A stretch of DNA of 64,000 bases, from the NCBI GenBank assembly GCA_022705425.1, contig JAKJEM010000006.1, positions 25,858 through 89,857 on the forward strand, read 5' to 3'. Source of the DNA: Planctomycetota bacterium (GTDB lineage Bacteria > Planctomycetota > Brocadiia > CAIUPP01). The stretch's first letter is position 1. Each line of letters begins with the position of its first letter. Positions 1 to 9,730 of this stretch are shown here, piece by piece. The translations under genes were made by a program, and so were the position numbers. Below the pieces are notes generated by a model. The model was given only the letters and a program-made list of their open reading frames with translations, was not told the DNA's origin and made no database searches.

Positions 1-1141
1 CGCGAACGCCTTGCTGCAGGAGCAGCTCCGCGAGCGGCGCGTTGCCGACCAGCGCCACAGCCTCATGTTGCAGACGGCGATGGACGGCTTCTGGGTGACG
101 GACACGCAGGGGCGTTTTCTCGACGTGAACGAAGCCTATTGCCGTATGACGGGCTACGACCGGAGCGAACTGCTGCGGATGCGGATTCACGACGTCGAGG
201 CCGTGGAGACGCTGGAGGGGACGGAGGGGCACATCCAGCGGTTGATCCGGCTCGGCGCGGACCGGTTCGAGACGCGTCACCGGCGCAAGGACGGCGCGCT
301 CATCGAGGTGGAGGCCAGCGCCACGTTCATGGCGGAGGAGGGCGGGCGGTTGGTCGTCTTCCTGCGCGACATGACGCTGCGGAAATGCGCGGCGGCGCAA
401 CTGGCCCGGACGCTGGAGCGCTTGGAGCAGAGCAACCGGGAGTTGGAGCAGTTCGCGTACGTGGCGTCGCATGACCTTCAGGAGCCTCTGCGGAAGATCG
501 AGGCCTTTGCGGATCGTCTGCGGAGCCAGTGCGGGGAGCGGCTGTCGGCGGAGGGGCTGGACTCCCTGATGCGGGTGCAGAACGCCGCAACGCGAATGGG
601 GCGGCTGATTTCGGACCTGCTGGCGTACTCGCGGGTGACGATGCGGGCCAAGCCGTATGAGGCGGTGGACTTGAACGCGGTGCTTGCGGAGGTGCTGAGC
701 GACTTGGAGGCGCGGATTCAGCAGAGCGGGGCGCGGGTGACGGCGGGCCTGCTGCCGACGGTGGAGGCGGACAGGACGCAGATGCGGCAGTGCCTGCAGA
801 ACCTGGTGGGGAACGCGCTGAAGTTCCACAAGCCGGAGGAGCCGCCGGAGGTCGAAATCGCTGCCACGACAGAGGAAACCGGCGCCGGTCCGCAGGCGGT
901 CATCGCCGTTCGCGACCGCGGGATCGGGTTCGACCCGAAGTTCTCGGAGCGGATTTTTGAGGTCTTCCAGCGCCTGCAGGGTCGGGAGGAGTACGAGGGA
1001 AGCGGGATCGGGCTGGCGGTGTGCCGGAAGATTGCGCAGCGGCACGGGGGGAACGTGACGGCGGAGGGCCGTCCTGGCGAGGGGGCGACGTTTACGTTGA
1101 GGTTGCCGCTGAAGCAGGCGGAGCGTGGAGGAAGCCCGTGA
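1..1141 (+). CDS. PAS-domain sensor histidine kinase (5' partial; reading frame is open to the window start)
   Basis: PAS-like N-terminus (FWVTDTQGRFLDVNEAYCRMTGY), HisKA H-box ELEQFAYVASHDLQEPLRKI, HATPase_c G-box GSGIGLAVCRKIAQRHGG. No stop codon upstream of the TTG at 11. Confidence 0.85.
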   Translation, partial: ANALLQEQLRERRVADQRHSLMLQTAMDGFWVTDTQGRFLDVNEAYCRMTGYDRSELLRMRIHDVEAVETLEGTEGHIQRLIRLGADRFETRHRRKDGALIEVEASATFMAEEGGRLVVFLRDMTLRKCAAAQLARTLERLEQSNRELEQFAYVASHDLQEPLRKIEAFADRLRSQCGERLSAEGLDSLMRVQNAATRMGRLISDLLAYSRVTMRAKPYEAVDLNAVLAEVLSDLEARIQQSGARVTAGLLPTVEADRTQMRQCLQNLVGNALKFHKPEEPPEVEIAATTEETGAGPQAVIAVRDRGIGFDPKFSERIFEVFQRLQGREEYEGSGIGLAVCRKIAQRHGGNVTAEGRPGEGATFTLRLPLKQAERGGSP

Positions 1142-2160
1142 CGGAGGGCGCACATCGGCGCAGGTGGGCGGCGGTTCTGATCGGCGCGGCGCTGGGCGCG
1201 TGCGCGGGGTGGGGAGTCTTTGCGTTGATGCGCGCGCCGGAGGACGCGCCCCGCAGGGAAATGGCGCGGGTGGTGATCGCGGACGCGACGCAGCCGGTCA
1301 GCGGGCTGGTGTACATGGCGCAGGCGCGCGGGCTGTTTGCGGAGGAAGGGCTCGATGTGACGTTGCTGCCGCACACGACGGGCAAGGCGGCGTTGGCGGC
1401 GACGCTGGCCGGAGAGGCGGACGTGGCGACGGTGGCGGAAACGCCGCTGGTCTTTGCGGCGCTGAAGGGGGAGCGTTTCTCGATCCTGGCGACGATTGCG
1501 ACGACGGAACGGAACATCGCCGTGGCGGCGCGCACGGATTGCGGGATCGAGTGCCCGGAGGACCTGCGCGGCAAGCGGGTGGGCGTGGCGCCGGGGACGA
1601 ACGCGGAGTTTTTCTTGGAGACCTTTCTGCTGACGCGGCGCATCCGGACGAACGAGGTACGGATCGAGGCGCTGACGCCCGAGAGCATTCCGCAGGCGCT
1701 GGCGGACGGACGGGTGGAGGCGGCGGCGGTGTGGCATCCGCACCTGGGGGCGGTGCAGCGGGCCATGAAGGAACGGGTGCGCTGCTTCTACGACGAGCAG
1801 ATTTACACGTGGTCGTGGAATCTGGTGTCGCGGCGCGGCTGGGCGGAAACGAACGGGGACGCGGCGCAGCGTCTGCTGCGGGCGCTGGCGCGGGCGGAGG
1901 AGGCGGCGGCGGCCGAACCGGAGGCGGCGCGCGGGATCGTCGCGGCGCGCTGCGGAATGGACGCGCACGACCTCGGCGAGATGTGGAGTTCCTACCATTT
2001 CCGGCTCACCCTCGGGCAGTGGCTGATCCTTTCGATGGAAAGCCAGGCGCAATGGGCTCGTCGCAAGGGGGCCGGGGGCGGGTTGCCGGACTTCCGGGCG
2101 ACGATGTTCCTGCCGATCCTGGAGTCGCTGCGTCCGGAGGCGGTCACGGTGGTGCGTTGA
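1138..2160 (+). CDS. NMT1/THI5-like (NitT/TauT family) ABC-type periplasmic solute-binding protein; no cognate permease or ATPase
   Basis: GTG start overlaps the upstream TGA (GTGA coupling). TM/signal-like N-terminus AAVLIGAALGACAGW, then a periplasmic-binding fold pattern (RVVIADATQPVSGLVY...GKRVGVAPGTNAEFFL). Confidence 0.7.
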   Translation: MTEGAHRRRWAAVLIGAALGACAGWGVFALMRAPEDAPRREMARVVIADATQPVSGLVYMAQARGLFAEEGLDVTLLPHTTGKAALAATLAGEADVATVAETPLVFAALKGERFSILATIATTERNIAVAARTDCGIECPEDLRGKRVGVAPGTNAEFFLETFLLTRRIRTNEVRIEALTPESIPQALADGRVEAAAVWHPHLGAVQRAMKERVRCFYDEQIYTWSWNLVSRRGWAETNGDAAQRLLRALARAEEAAAAEPEAARGIVAARCGMDAHDLGEMWSSYHFRLTLGQWLILSMESQAQWARRKGAGGGLPDFRATMFLPILESLRPEAVTVVR

Positions 2161-2175
2161 GAAGGCGGACGGCGG

Positions 2176-3717
2176 ATGACGATCCGAGGCAGACTCCTGG
2201 CGGCGGCAATCCTTCCGGCGGCGATGCTGCTGGCGGTGGGCGCGGTGGCGGCGGCGTCGCTGGGGCGGCTGGAGGCGGCGCGCCGCCAGCACGCGACGGC
2301 GTCGGGGGTGGTGAAGGGGGCGTTTCAGTTGACGCTGCTGACGTACGAGTACCTTCAGCAGCACAGCGAACGGTCGCGGGAGCAGTGGCTGGGGAAGCAC
2401 GCGACGATGTCCATCTATCTTTCGGAGGCGGAGGCGGCGCGCGACGTGGACCAGGCTCTTCTGCAGAGTCTCCGGACCACGCACAAAGAGACCGGACGGC
2501 TCTTCCGGCGGCTGGTCGGGGCGCGGTCGGCCGGCGCGACGACCGCCGACGAGTTCTCCGCGCCGATCGAGCAGCGGCTGAACGACCAGTTGCTGACGCG
2601 GTCGCATGAGATGCTGTCGCTGGCGTCGCGCCTGGCGTCGGGGGCGGACGCGTACATGGACCGCGTCTTCCGCTGGACGGGGGCGTTCGTGCTGGCGTCG
2701 GCGGCGCTCTGCGCGGCGGCGGTGGCGGCGATTGCGCTGATGGTGCGGCGGAGCGTGGTGAAGCCGCTGGCGAGCCTTCACGCGGGGTTGCGGGACGTCG
2801 GGGCGGGGAAGTTGGATGTGCGGCTGAACCTTCAGCCGGAGAACGAGATCGGGGAACTGGCGTGCGCCTTCGACCGGATGGCGGCGGAGTTGCAGACGGT
2901 TACGGTGTCGCGCGACGACCTGGCGCGCGAGACGGTGCGCCGTGCGGCGGCAGAGGAGCATCTGCGGGCAACGCTGCGGCAGTTGCAGGAGCGGAACCGG
3001 GAGTTGGAGCAGTTCGCCTGGGCGGCGGCGCACGACCTGCAGGAACCGCTGCGAAAGATTCAGGCGTTCGGCGACCGCCTGGTGAAAGAGTGCGCCGGGG
3101 CGGAAGGGACGCCGGTTCAGGACTATGCGGAACGGATGCGGCGCGGCGCGGAGCGGATGAGCCGGCTGCTCAACGACCTGCTGGTCTTCACGCGCGTCGG
3201 CTCCGGGGGACGGACCTTCGGCCCGGTGGACCTGAAGCGCGAGGCGGACCAGGCGGCGGCGGACCTGGCGCCGGCGATACGCGCGGCGAATGCGCGGGTG
3301 ACGATCGGCCCGTTGCCGGAGATCGAGGCGGACGCCGACGAGATGTGGCTGCTCTTCCGGAGTCTGCTGGACAACGCGGTGAAGTTCCGCAAGCCGGGGC
3401 ATTCGCCGGAGGTGCGGGTGACCGGGCGACTGTGCCTGAACGGGGAGCGTCCGCGCTGCGTGATCGAGGTGAGCGACGACGGGATCGGGTTCGACCCGAA
3501 GTACGCCGGGCGGCTTTTCGCCATCTTCCGGCGGCTGCATCCGGCGGACGAGTACGCGGGAACGGGATTGGGTCTTGCGGTGTGCCGGAAGATTGCGGAG
3601 GGGCACGACGGGACGATCGAGGCGCGAAGCGAAGCGGGGCGGGGCGCGACCTTTTCAGTTACGCTGCCCCTGAAACAGGAAGGGAAAGGAGCCATTGCAT
3701 GGGAAAAGCCATCTTGA
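2176..3717 (+). CDS. HAMP-domain sensor histidine kinase
   Basis: Two TM segments; HAMP (LNLQPENEIGELACAFDRMAAELQ); H-box ELEQFAWAAAHDLQEPLRKIQAFGDRL, almost identical to the first kinase; HATPase_c GTGLGLAVCRKIAEGHDG. Confidence 0.85.
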   Translation: MTIRGRLLAAAILPAAMLLAVGAVAAASLGRLEAARRQHATASGVVKGAFQLTLLTYEYLQQHSERSREQWLGKHATMSIYLSEAEAARDVDQALLQSLRTTHKETGRLFRRLVGARSAGATTADEFSAPIEQRLNDQLLTRSHEMLSLASRLASGADAYMDRVFRWTGAFVLASAALCAAAVAAIALMVRRSVVKPLASLHAGLRDVGAGKLDVRLNLQPENEIGELACAFDRMAAELQTVTVSRDDLARETVRRAAAEEHLRATLRQLQERNRELEQFAWAAAHDLQEPLRKIQAFGDRLVKECAGAEGTPVQDYAERMRRGAERMSRLLNDLLVFTRVGSGGRTFGPVDLKREADQAAADLAPAIRAANARVTIGPLPEIEADADEMWLLFRSLLDNAVKFRKPGHSPEVRVTGRLCLNGERPRCVIEVSDDGIGFDPKYAGRLFAIFRRLHPADEYAGTGLGLAVCRKIAEGHDGTIEARSEAGRGATFSVTLPLKQEGKGAIAWEKPS

Positions 3718-4163
3718 TCCTGATGGCCGAGGACGACGCGGAGGACCGGATGCTGGTGCAGGACGCGTGGACGGAGAGCCGGCTGGCGAATGAGTTGCGT
3801 TTTGTGAAGGACGGCGAGGAACTGATGGACTACCTGCGCGGACGGGGGGCGTGGTCGGCGCCGGGCGTCGCGCCGCGTCTGGACCTGATCCTGCTGGACC
3901 TGAACATGCCGCGCAAAGACGGGCGGGAGTGCCTGGAGGAGATCAAGGGGGACCCGGCGCTCCGGCTGATTCCGGTGGTGGTGCTGACGTCGTCGAAGGC
4001 GGAGGAGGACATCGTGCGGTCGTACCATCACGGGGTGAACTCGTACATTACGAAGCCGGTGACCTTCGACAAGCTGGTGGAGACGGTCCGGGCGCTGGGG
4101 AAGTACTGGTTCGAGATCGTGACGCTGCCGGGCGGAACGCCGCGGGCTCCGCGCAACGGCTGA
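3699..4163 (+). CDS. Single-domain response regulator (CheY/Rcp1-like receiver)
   Basis: ATG at 3699 lies inside the longer ORF frame. Receiver motifs ILILMAEDDAED...LDLILLDLNMPRKDG...VVVLTSSKAEEDI...YITKP. Overlaps the kinase stop by 19 nt. Confidence 0.8.
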   Translation: MGKAILILMAEDDAEDRMLVQDAWTESRLANELRFVKDGEELMDYLRGRGAWSAPGVAPRLDLILLDLNMPRKDGRECLEEIKGDPALRLIPVVVLTSSKAEEDIVRSYHHGVNSYITKPVTFDKLVETVRALGKYWFEIVTLPGGTPRAPRNG

Positions 4164-4185
4164 AGCACGAGGGAGTCGCGCCGCC

Positions 4186-6735
4186 ATGACGGAGACGCCG
4201 ATTCGGGTGCTGATCGTGGAAGACGACGCCGAGGACGTCCTGCTGATCCGCGGGATGCTGGCGGAGGGACGGACGGCGCGCTTCGCGGCGGAATCGTGCG
4301 CGACGCTGAAGGAGGCCCTGGAGACGCTGGGGCGGCGGGACTTCGACGCGATACTGCTGGACCTGAACCTGCCGGACAGCCGGGGCGCGGAGACGATCGA
4401 GGCAGTGCGCGCGAAGGCGCCGGCCACGCCGCTGGTGGTGCTGACGGGGCAGGAGGACCCGGAGGTGGGTCTCCGGGCCGTGCAAGCAGGAGCGCAGGAC
4501 TACCTGGTGAAGGGGCGGGTGAAGGCAGACCTTCTGGAGCGGTCGGTGAACTATGCGCGGGAGCGGCAGCGGATTCAGCAGGAGGCCATGCTGAGCGAAT
4601 CGCGCTACCGATCGCTGATCGAGATGGCGCCGGACATCACCTTCCGTCTGGACACGGAGGGGCGGATCGTTTACATCAGCCGGGCGGTGGAGAGCCTGGG
4701 GTACAGCGCGTCGGCGCTGACGGGCGAACCGGTGGAGGCGCTGCTGCACCCGGAGGACGCGCCGCGGGTGAAGCGGCGGGTGTGCGAGCGGCGGACGGGG
4801 GAGCGGATCACGCGGGGGCTGGAGGTTCGGCTTCGCCCCGGCGGCGGCGCGCGGGCGGAGGGTCCGGCGCGCTTCGAGCACGCCGTGCTCTCGGCGCGCG
4901 GGTTGTGGTCGGTGCCGGACGCCGAGATGGCGAGCGCGTCGAAGCGCTTCCTGGGCACGCAGGGGGTGCTCCGCGACGTGACGGATCGCAAGCGGGCCGA
5001 CGAGGCCTCGGCGCAGTACATCGCGAACCTGACGGCCATGGTGGAGGTCACGGCGCGGCTGACGTCGTGCAACGACATCGAGAGCCTGTGCCGGGCGGCG
5101 GTGGAGATCGGGCGGACGCGCCTGGGGATGGAACGGCTGGGCCTGTGGCTGGCCGACGCGGAGGAGGGGTACGTGCGGGGAACGTTCGGGACCGACGGCG
5201 AGGGCCGCACACGGGACGAGCGCCAGGTGCGCTTCTACGCCGGGACGGACTCGCCCATGGGCCGGGTTCTCTCAGGGGAGTCGGATGCCGAGGTGCGCTA
5301 CATGGCGCTGGAGTCGGGCAAGGGAAGCGGCTGGCTGGTGCTGACGCCGATCCCGGGCCGGAACCGGGCGGCGGGGATATTGAGCGCCGATTCCCTCTTC
5401 AGCGGACGCCCTTTCCAGGGGCAGGCGGTGCAACTGCTGCGGCTGTACGGCCTGGCGCTGGGGCGGTTGATCCAGACGCTGCGCAGCGAGGGGGAACGCC
5501 GCGAGACGCAGGCGATCTTCCGCACCTTTGCGGAGACGACGGCGGCGATTGTTTTCATCTCGCAGGGGACGCGCTTCGTGTACGCGAACCCGGCGGCGGA
5601 GCGATTCTTCGGCCACCCGCAGGAGGAGTTGCTCGGGATGGACTTCTGGGAGGTGGTGCATCCGGAGTACCGCGCCCTGGTGCGCGAGCGCGGGCTGGCG
5701 CGGCAGCGGAATGAACCGGCGGAGGCGCAATACGAGATCAAAGTGCAACCCCGGACGGGGGAGGAACGGTGGATGGACTTCCGGGCGGACCGGATCGAGC
5801 TGGAGGGGCGTCCGGCCATCCTGGGGGTGGCGCTGGACATTACGGCGCGCAAGAAGACGGAGCAGTCGCTGCGGGAGTACGCGGAGCGGATGGAGGTGTG
5901 GCGGCTGACGCAGCACCAACTTCAGACGGCGCGCCAGATTCAGCGGGACCTGCTGCCGAAATCGCCGCCGCTGATCCCCGGATTCGACCTGTGGGGCGCG
6001 ACGTACGCGGCGGAGGCGACGGGCGGGGACTACTTCGATTTTATCCGGCTGGGCGGGGACAAGATGGGGCTGGTCATCGGCGACGCCTCGGGACACGGGC
6101 TGGGGCCGGCGCTGCTGGCGGCGGATGCGAGCGCCTATCTGAGGGCGCTGGCGCTGACGGAGACGCACCCGAGCGAGATTCTGGCCGACGCGAATCTGCT
6201 GCTGGCGAGCGACGTGGGGAGCAGCAGCTTCGTGGCGCTGATCTTTGCGCTGCTGGACCCGGACACGCGCCAGTTGACCTACGCGAATGCGGGGCAGGCC
6301 AGCGGCTACATCCTGGGGGCCGACGGGTCGGTCAAGGCAACGCTGGAGAGCACGGACCTGCCGCTGGGGGTGGACCTGACGAGTCGCTTCCCGACGATGG
6401 GTCCGTGGACGTTGGAGACGGGCGACACGGTCTGCCTGGTAAGCGACGGTCTCCAGGATTCGCGCGACGAATCAGAGGGGGGATTCGGGGTGGCACGCCT
6501 GCTGGACGCGCTGCGTGCGCATCTGGGCAAGAGCGCACGCGGGATCGTGGAGGCGCTCTTTGCGGAGGGGACGACCTTTGCCGCCAACACTCCACAGGCG
6601 GACGACATTACGGTCCTCGTGGTAAAGGTGCTGGAACGGGCGGTTTCACGCAACGGCGCGCCCGTTCGGCCGACGTCCGAGGCGCTGCCGGCGGCAGGAC
6701 AGGGGCCGCATTCCAGGGGCCATGGGCCGGGCTGA
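4186..6735 (+). CDS. Response regulator receiver - PAS/GAF - PP2C (SpoIIE/RsbU-type) serine phosphatase
   Basis: REC (VLIVEDDAEDVLL...LLDLNLPDSRG...LVVLTGQEDPE), PAS repeats, and a C-terminal PP2C motif GGDYFDFIRLGGDKMGLVIGDASGHGLGPALLAA...DGL. Confidence 0.8.
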   Translation: MTETPIRVLIVEDDAEDVLLIRGMLAEGRTARFAAESCATLKEALETLGRRDFDAILLDLNLPDSRGAETIEAVRAKAPATPLVVLTGQEDPEVGLRAVQAGAQDYLVKGRVKADLLERSVNYARERQRIQQEAMLSESRYRSLIEMAPDITFRLDTEGRIVYISRAVESLGYSASALTGEPVEALLHPEDAPRVKRRVCERRTGERITRGLEVRLRPGGGARAEGPARFEHAVLSARGLWSVPDAEMASASKRFLGTQGVLRDVTDRKRADEASAQYIANLTAMVEVTARLTSCNDIESLCRAAVEIGRTRLGMERLGLWLADAEEGYVRGTFGTDGEGRTRDERQVRFYAGTDSPMGRVLSGESDAEVRYMALESGKGSGWLVLTPIPGRNRAAGILSADSLFSGRPFQGQAVQLLRLYGLALGRLIQTLRSEGERRETQAIFRTFAETTAAIVFISQGTRFVYANPAAERFFGHPQEELLGMDFWEVVHPEYRALVRERGLARQRNEPAEAQYEIKVQPRTGEERWMDFRADRIELEGRPAILGVALDITARKKTEQSLREYAERMEVWRLTQHQLQTARQIQRDLLPKSPPLIPGFDLWGATYAAEATGGDYFDFIRLGGDKMGLVIGDASGHGLGPALLAADASAYLRALALTETHPSEILADANLLLASDVGSSSFVALIFALLDPDTRQLTYANAGQASGYILGADGSVKATLESTDLPLGVDLTSRFPTMGPWTLETGDTVCLVSDGLQDSRDESEGGFGVARLLDALRAHLGKSARGIVEALFAEGTTFAANTPQADDITVLVVKVLERAVSRNGAPVRPTSEALPAAGQGPHSRGHGPG

Positions 6736-6852
6736 GGTGTGAGGTCCCCTCCGTCCTCCCTACGCAAGGGGTAGGCTGCGCGCCGCCGCCCCCCCCCTAC
6801 CGGTAGTTCTGCCGCCCCTGCGGGGGGTGTACGGAATCTTAACAATTTCCAG

Positions 6853-6881
6853 TTGCAAAAGAGGACGCCGCAACATACAAT
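6853..6881 (+). promoter_or_regulatory. sigma70-like promoter TTGCAA-N17-TACAAT upstream of the porin-like gene
   Basis: TTGCAA at 6853-6858 and TACAAT at 6876-6881. About 100-nt leader carrying inverted repeat GCGTGAC-n6-GTCACGC, then strong RBS AAGGGAGGAGG before GTG 6989. Confidence 0.4.
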
Positions 6882-6988
6882 CTGCGCCAATCGCAGCCGC
6901 GAGGCGGCGAGACAGAGGATGAACCGGCTTGGCGTGACGCGGGGTCACGCGCGTACATCTGTGCTTATGCACAAGGGAGGAGGCGGCC

Positions 6989-8425
6989 GTGAGTTGGAAG
7001 AAAGTGGCGTTGGGCTGCATGTTCGGGTTGCTGGCCTTGGTTCCGTCCGCCTTCGGTCAGGCGGGAACGACCTCGGCGGCGGACGTCCAGTCGTTCATCA
7101 ATGACATCACGGCGCCGGCGCCGGGGGTCAAGTGGGGTCTGGACGTTCGGGTGCGCGAGGAATACGCGCGGAACTGCTTCGACGTGGACGACGTGGCGCT
7201 CTACGACGACAGCAACGTCTTCCGTTTCCGCAATCGGCTGTGGATGGAGCTTGGGCCGTTCCTCTCGGTTGAAGGCCCGGGCGCCGTTCCGAACAACGGG
7301 GTGTCCTTCTACGTGCGGCTGGTCTATGAGCCGTATGTGTACACGGTTCGTCCGGACGTCCCGGCGGTGCGTCCGACGATGTGGAATGAACTGGCGCTCG
7401 ACAACCTGTACGTGAACCTCGACCACTTCATGAACATGCCGGTGTCGTTGAAGGTCGGGCGGCAGGACATGATGTACGGTCACGGTCTGGTGATGGCGGA
7501 AGGGACGCCCTTTGACGGTTCGCGTACGATCTTCTTCGACGCGATCAAGGCGACGCTGCACCTGGATCCGCTGGTGACGAACGTGGACGTGTTCTACGCG
7601 AACAACAAGGCGCGCGAGTCGCGCGTCGAGCCGCTGAACGTGCAGTCGGGTCCGTACCTCAGCGAGTACAACATTGACATCTTCGGCGTGTATGCGATCA
7701 ACAAGATGGCGCCGGGGCACGAGTTCCACGGCTACTGGATTTACCATCACGACAAGTTGATCATGCCGAACAAGCCGACGCTGCCGAAGGACAAGAAGAT
7801 CAACACGGCGGGCGCGCTGGCGCAGGGCAAGTTCGCGAAGAGCTTCGACTACTACGTGGAAGCGGCGGGTCAGTGGGGCCGTCAGGACGGCCAGCCCTTC
7901 GGCGACGCGTGGGCCTTCTCCTCGGACTTCGGCTACACCGTCGAGGGCACGGAAGCGACGCCGGTTCGCGTGCACGCCGGGTATGAGTACCTTTCGGGCA
8001 ACGACGCGGGCGCGGCGCGCGGGCACGGGTGGGACAGCAGCCTTTCGCGTTTCCCCCGCTTCAGCGAGCTCTATACGCGCCTGTGGACGCGCGAGACGGG
8101 GATGGTGGGCTTTGAAACGAACCTGCAGCGCTACATCGCAGGCGCCAGCTACAAGCCCGTTCCCGAACTGGAGTTCGTCTTCGACTACAACCTGCTCCTG
8201 CAGAACAACGCCACGGTGGTGCCGGGCTTCATGACGGGCAAGGGCGACACGCGCGGCAACCTCTTCATGGGCAAGGCGTTCTACAAGATCACCCCCTACC
8301 TCGGCAGCCATCTCTGGGCTGAATGCTTCCTGCCGAGCCGCGTGTACACGAGCAACGCGGATCCGGCGTGGTTCCTGCGGTGGGAGCTGACCTTCACCCT
8401 GGCCAATCAGCAGAAGAAGAAGTAG
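6989..8425 (+). CDS. Outer-membrane beta-barrel protein, alginate-export (AlgE-like) family
   Basis: Signal peptide MSWKKVALGCMFGLLALVPSAFGQA; LKVGRQDMMYGHGLVMAEGTPFDGSRTIFFDA matches the Alginate_exp GRQ...G.G...P.DG...FD motif; aromatic-rich alternating pattern; strong RBS. Confidence 0.6.
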   Translation: MSWKKVALGCMFGLLALVPSAFGQAGTTSAADVQSFINDITAPAPGVKWGLDVRVREEYARNCFDVDDVALYDDSNVFRFRNRLWMELGPFLSVEGPGAVPNNGVSFYVRLVYEPYVYTVRPDVPAVRPTMWNELALDNLYVNLDHFMNMPVSLKVGRQDMMYGHGLVMAEGTPFDGSRTIFFDAIKATLHLDPLVTNVDVFYANNKARESRVEPLNVQSGPYLSEYNIDIFGVYAINKMAPGHEFHGYWIYHHDKLIMPNKPTLPKDKKINTAGALAQGKFAKSFDYYVEAAGQWGRQDGQPFGDAWAFSSDFGYTVEGTEATPVRVHAGYEYLSGNDAGAARGHGWDSSLSRFPRFSELYTRLWTRETGMVGFETNLQRYIAGASYKPVPELEFVFDYNLLLQNNATVVPGFMTGKGDTRGNLFMGKAFYKITPYLGSHLWAECFLPSRVYTSNADPAWFLRWELTFTLANQQKKK

Positions 8426-8519
8426 TCGTCGGGCGCGGAAACGAGCGCGGGCGGCAGGCCGAAGAGGACCTGTCGCCCGCGTTGTTTCTTGCCGGCGGCC
8501 GCCCGGCGCGCCGGAGGGG

Positions 8520-9446
8520 TCAGAGGATGGGGCGTCCGTGGCGGACGAGTTGCATCAGCCAGAGGGTGTAGGCGTCGAAGTCGCGCTTGTTGAGGAAGGT
8601 GAGCGCGTCCCAGATCGGATCGGACGCGCCGGCGGCAAGCAGCCCCACGGCGCGGTTGCGCGGCACGCCGCGGCCGAAGCGCTCGATGTTCATGGCGGAG
8701 CGGAAGAGCGCCCCGAGGGCCAGTTCGGACCCCCGCGTCATCTCTGTCATCGAGAAGGCGGCGGTGTTCTGGTCGAGGCGCAGGCGCTTCCACGGATTGA
8801 CCAGAACGACATCCAGGAGATACTCGTATCGCTTCTGCATGGTGAGGGTGGAGGATCGGGGAATGAGGACGTTGGGGGCGCCGTTTTCGTCGCGGACTTC
8901 GACGGCTTCCTGGACTTCGAGCCGTCCGCAGGAGACGAGGAAGACGTCCTTCCACGGGGCGGCGAGATTGAGGGTGTTGTCCCAGGAGTAGGCGGTGCAG
9001 CGGATACCCTCGGGCCCGAAATGGGCCTGGCGCATCCGTAGAGGCGCGGGGAGGGGCAGGATGGCGTCATCGGGAAGGACCAGGACGCAAGCGCCGAGAT
9101 CGCTTTCGATGCGCTGCGCCAGGTCCACAGCGGCGGGGGCATCGAGTCCAGTGGCCAGGAAGCCCTTGGAGGAGCGCAGGTCGCGGGTAACGTCGGGGAG
9201 CGGCCGTCCGACGGCCTCGGCGACGAGACGCCCGACGCGGCGGATGTCGAGGTCCTCGGCGCCGGCATAGACGACGCTGCACGGACCGCGCAGCGCGGCG
9301 CGGTCGGGCGCGGGTTCGCCGACACGGTCTGGAGCCGGGGGGGACGGGAGATCGGCGGCCAGGGGGGTTCCGCAATACGCGCAAAAGGCCGCTCCCTGGG
9401 GGGCGGCTTGGCCGCACGATGCGCATTTCGCCGTAGTCTCAGACAT
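8520..9446 (-). CDS. Zinc-ribbon domain protein (hypothetical)
   Basis: N-terminal CxxC...CxxC zinc ribbon (CASCGQAAPQGAAFCAYCG). Start chosen at the ATG downstream of a TTGACA-N17-TAGAAT promoter; GC3-rich codon usage. Confidence 0.55.
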   Translation of the reverse strand: MSETTAKCASCGQAAPQGAAFCAYCGTPLAADLPSPPAPDRVGEPAPDRAALRGPCSVVYAGAEDLDIRRVGRLVAEAVGRPLPDVTRDLRSSKGFLATGLDAPAAVDLAQRIESDLGACVLVLPDDAILPLPAPLRMRQAHFGPEGIRCTAYSWDNTLNLAAPWKDVFLVSCGRLEVQEAVEVRDENGAPNVLIPRSSTLTMQKRYEYLLDVVLVNPWKRLRLDQNTAAFSMTEMTRGSELALGALFRSAMNIERFGRGVPRNRAVGLLAAGASDPIWDALTFLNKRDFDAYTLWLMQLVRHGRPIL

Positions 9447-9490
9447 CAGCGCCCAACTAACACGGAAGGCCGGATCGCATCTTCCGATCA

Positions 9491-9519
9491 ATTCTAGAGA
9501 GGCTGGCGGCGAGTGTCAA
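9491..9519 (-). promoter_or_regulatory. sigma70-like promoter TTGACA-N17-TAGAAT for the zinc-ribbon gene
   Basis: Reverse complement of 9491-9519 reads cTTGACActcgccgccagcctctcTAGAATt. Confidence 0.45.
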
Positions 9520-9590
9520 GTAAGGCCCGCCCTGTTGGTATCCGGTCAGTTTTCAGGGGGACACACTGGGAGTGCCGTATGTGGCCCACC

Positions 9591-9608
9591 GGCTGCGCTG
9601 CGGCGCAG
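9591..9608 (-). terminator. GC hairpin (GCTGCGC-TGCG-GCGCAGC) downstream of the SIMPL gene; putative intrinsic terminator
   Basis: Perfect 7-bp stem with 4-nt loop in the 285-bp intergenic gap. No T-tract, as is common in high-GC genomes. Confidence 0.3.
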
Positions 9609-9730
9609 CGCCTGTGGCGCCCTCGCCCGTGGTTGTCGCAGCAGGACGTTCCCACAGCCGAGGGCGGCTTTGCCACACCCCCGGAAGACTGACCGGTTAC
9701 CCTGTTGGGATCTGGGAACCGGAAGGCCCG

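Noticed and set aside
718-3606. 962-aa minus-strand ORF spanning the kinase, binding-protein and HAMP-kinase genes
   Set aside because: Arg/Pro/Gln-rich low-complexity translation, antisense to three well-supported domain-bearing genes; a typical high-GC antisense artefact.
6789-6797. Poly-C tract (C9) followed by palindrome CTACCGGTAG downstream of the PP2C gene
   Set aside because: It is intergenic, about 55 nt upstream of the -35 of the next promoter and not in a coding region or spacer. It is more likely part of a GC-rich terminator region than a phase-variation switch.
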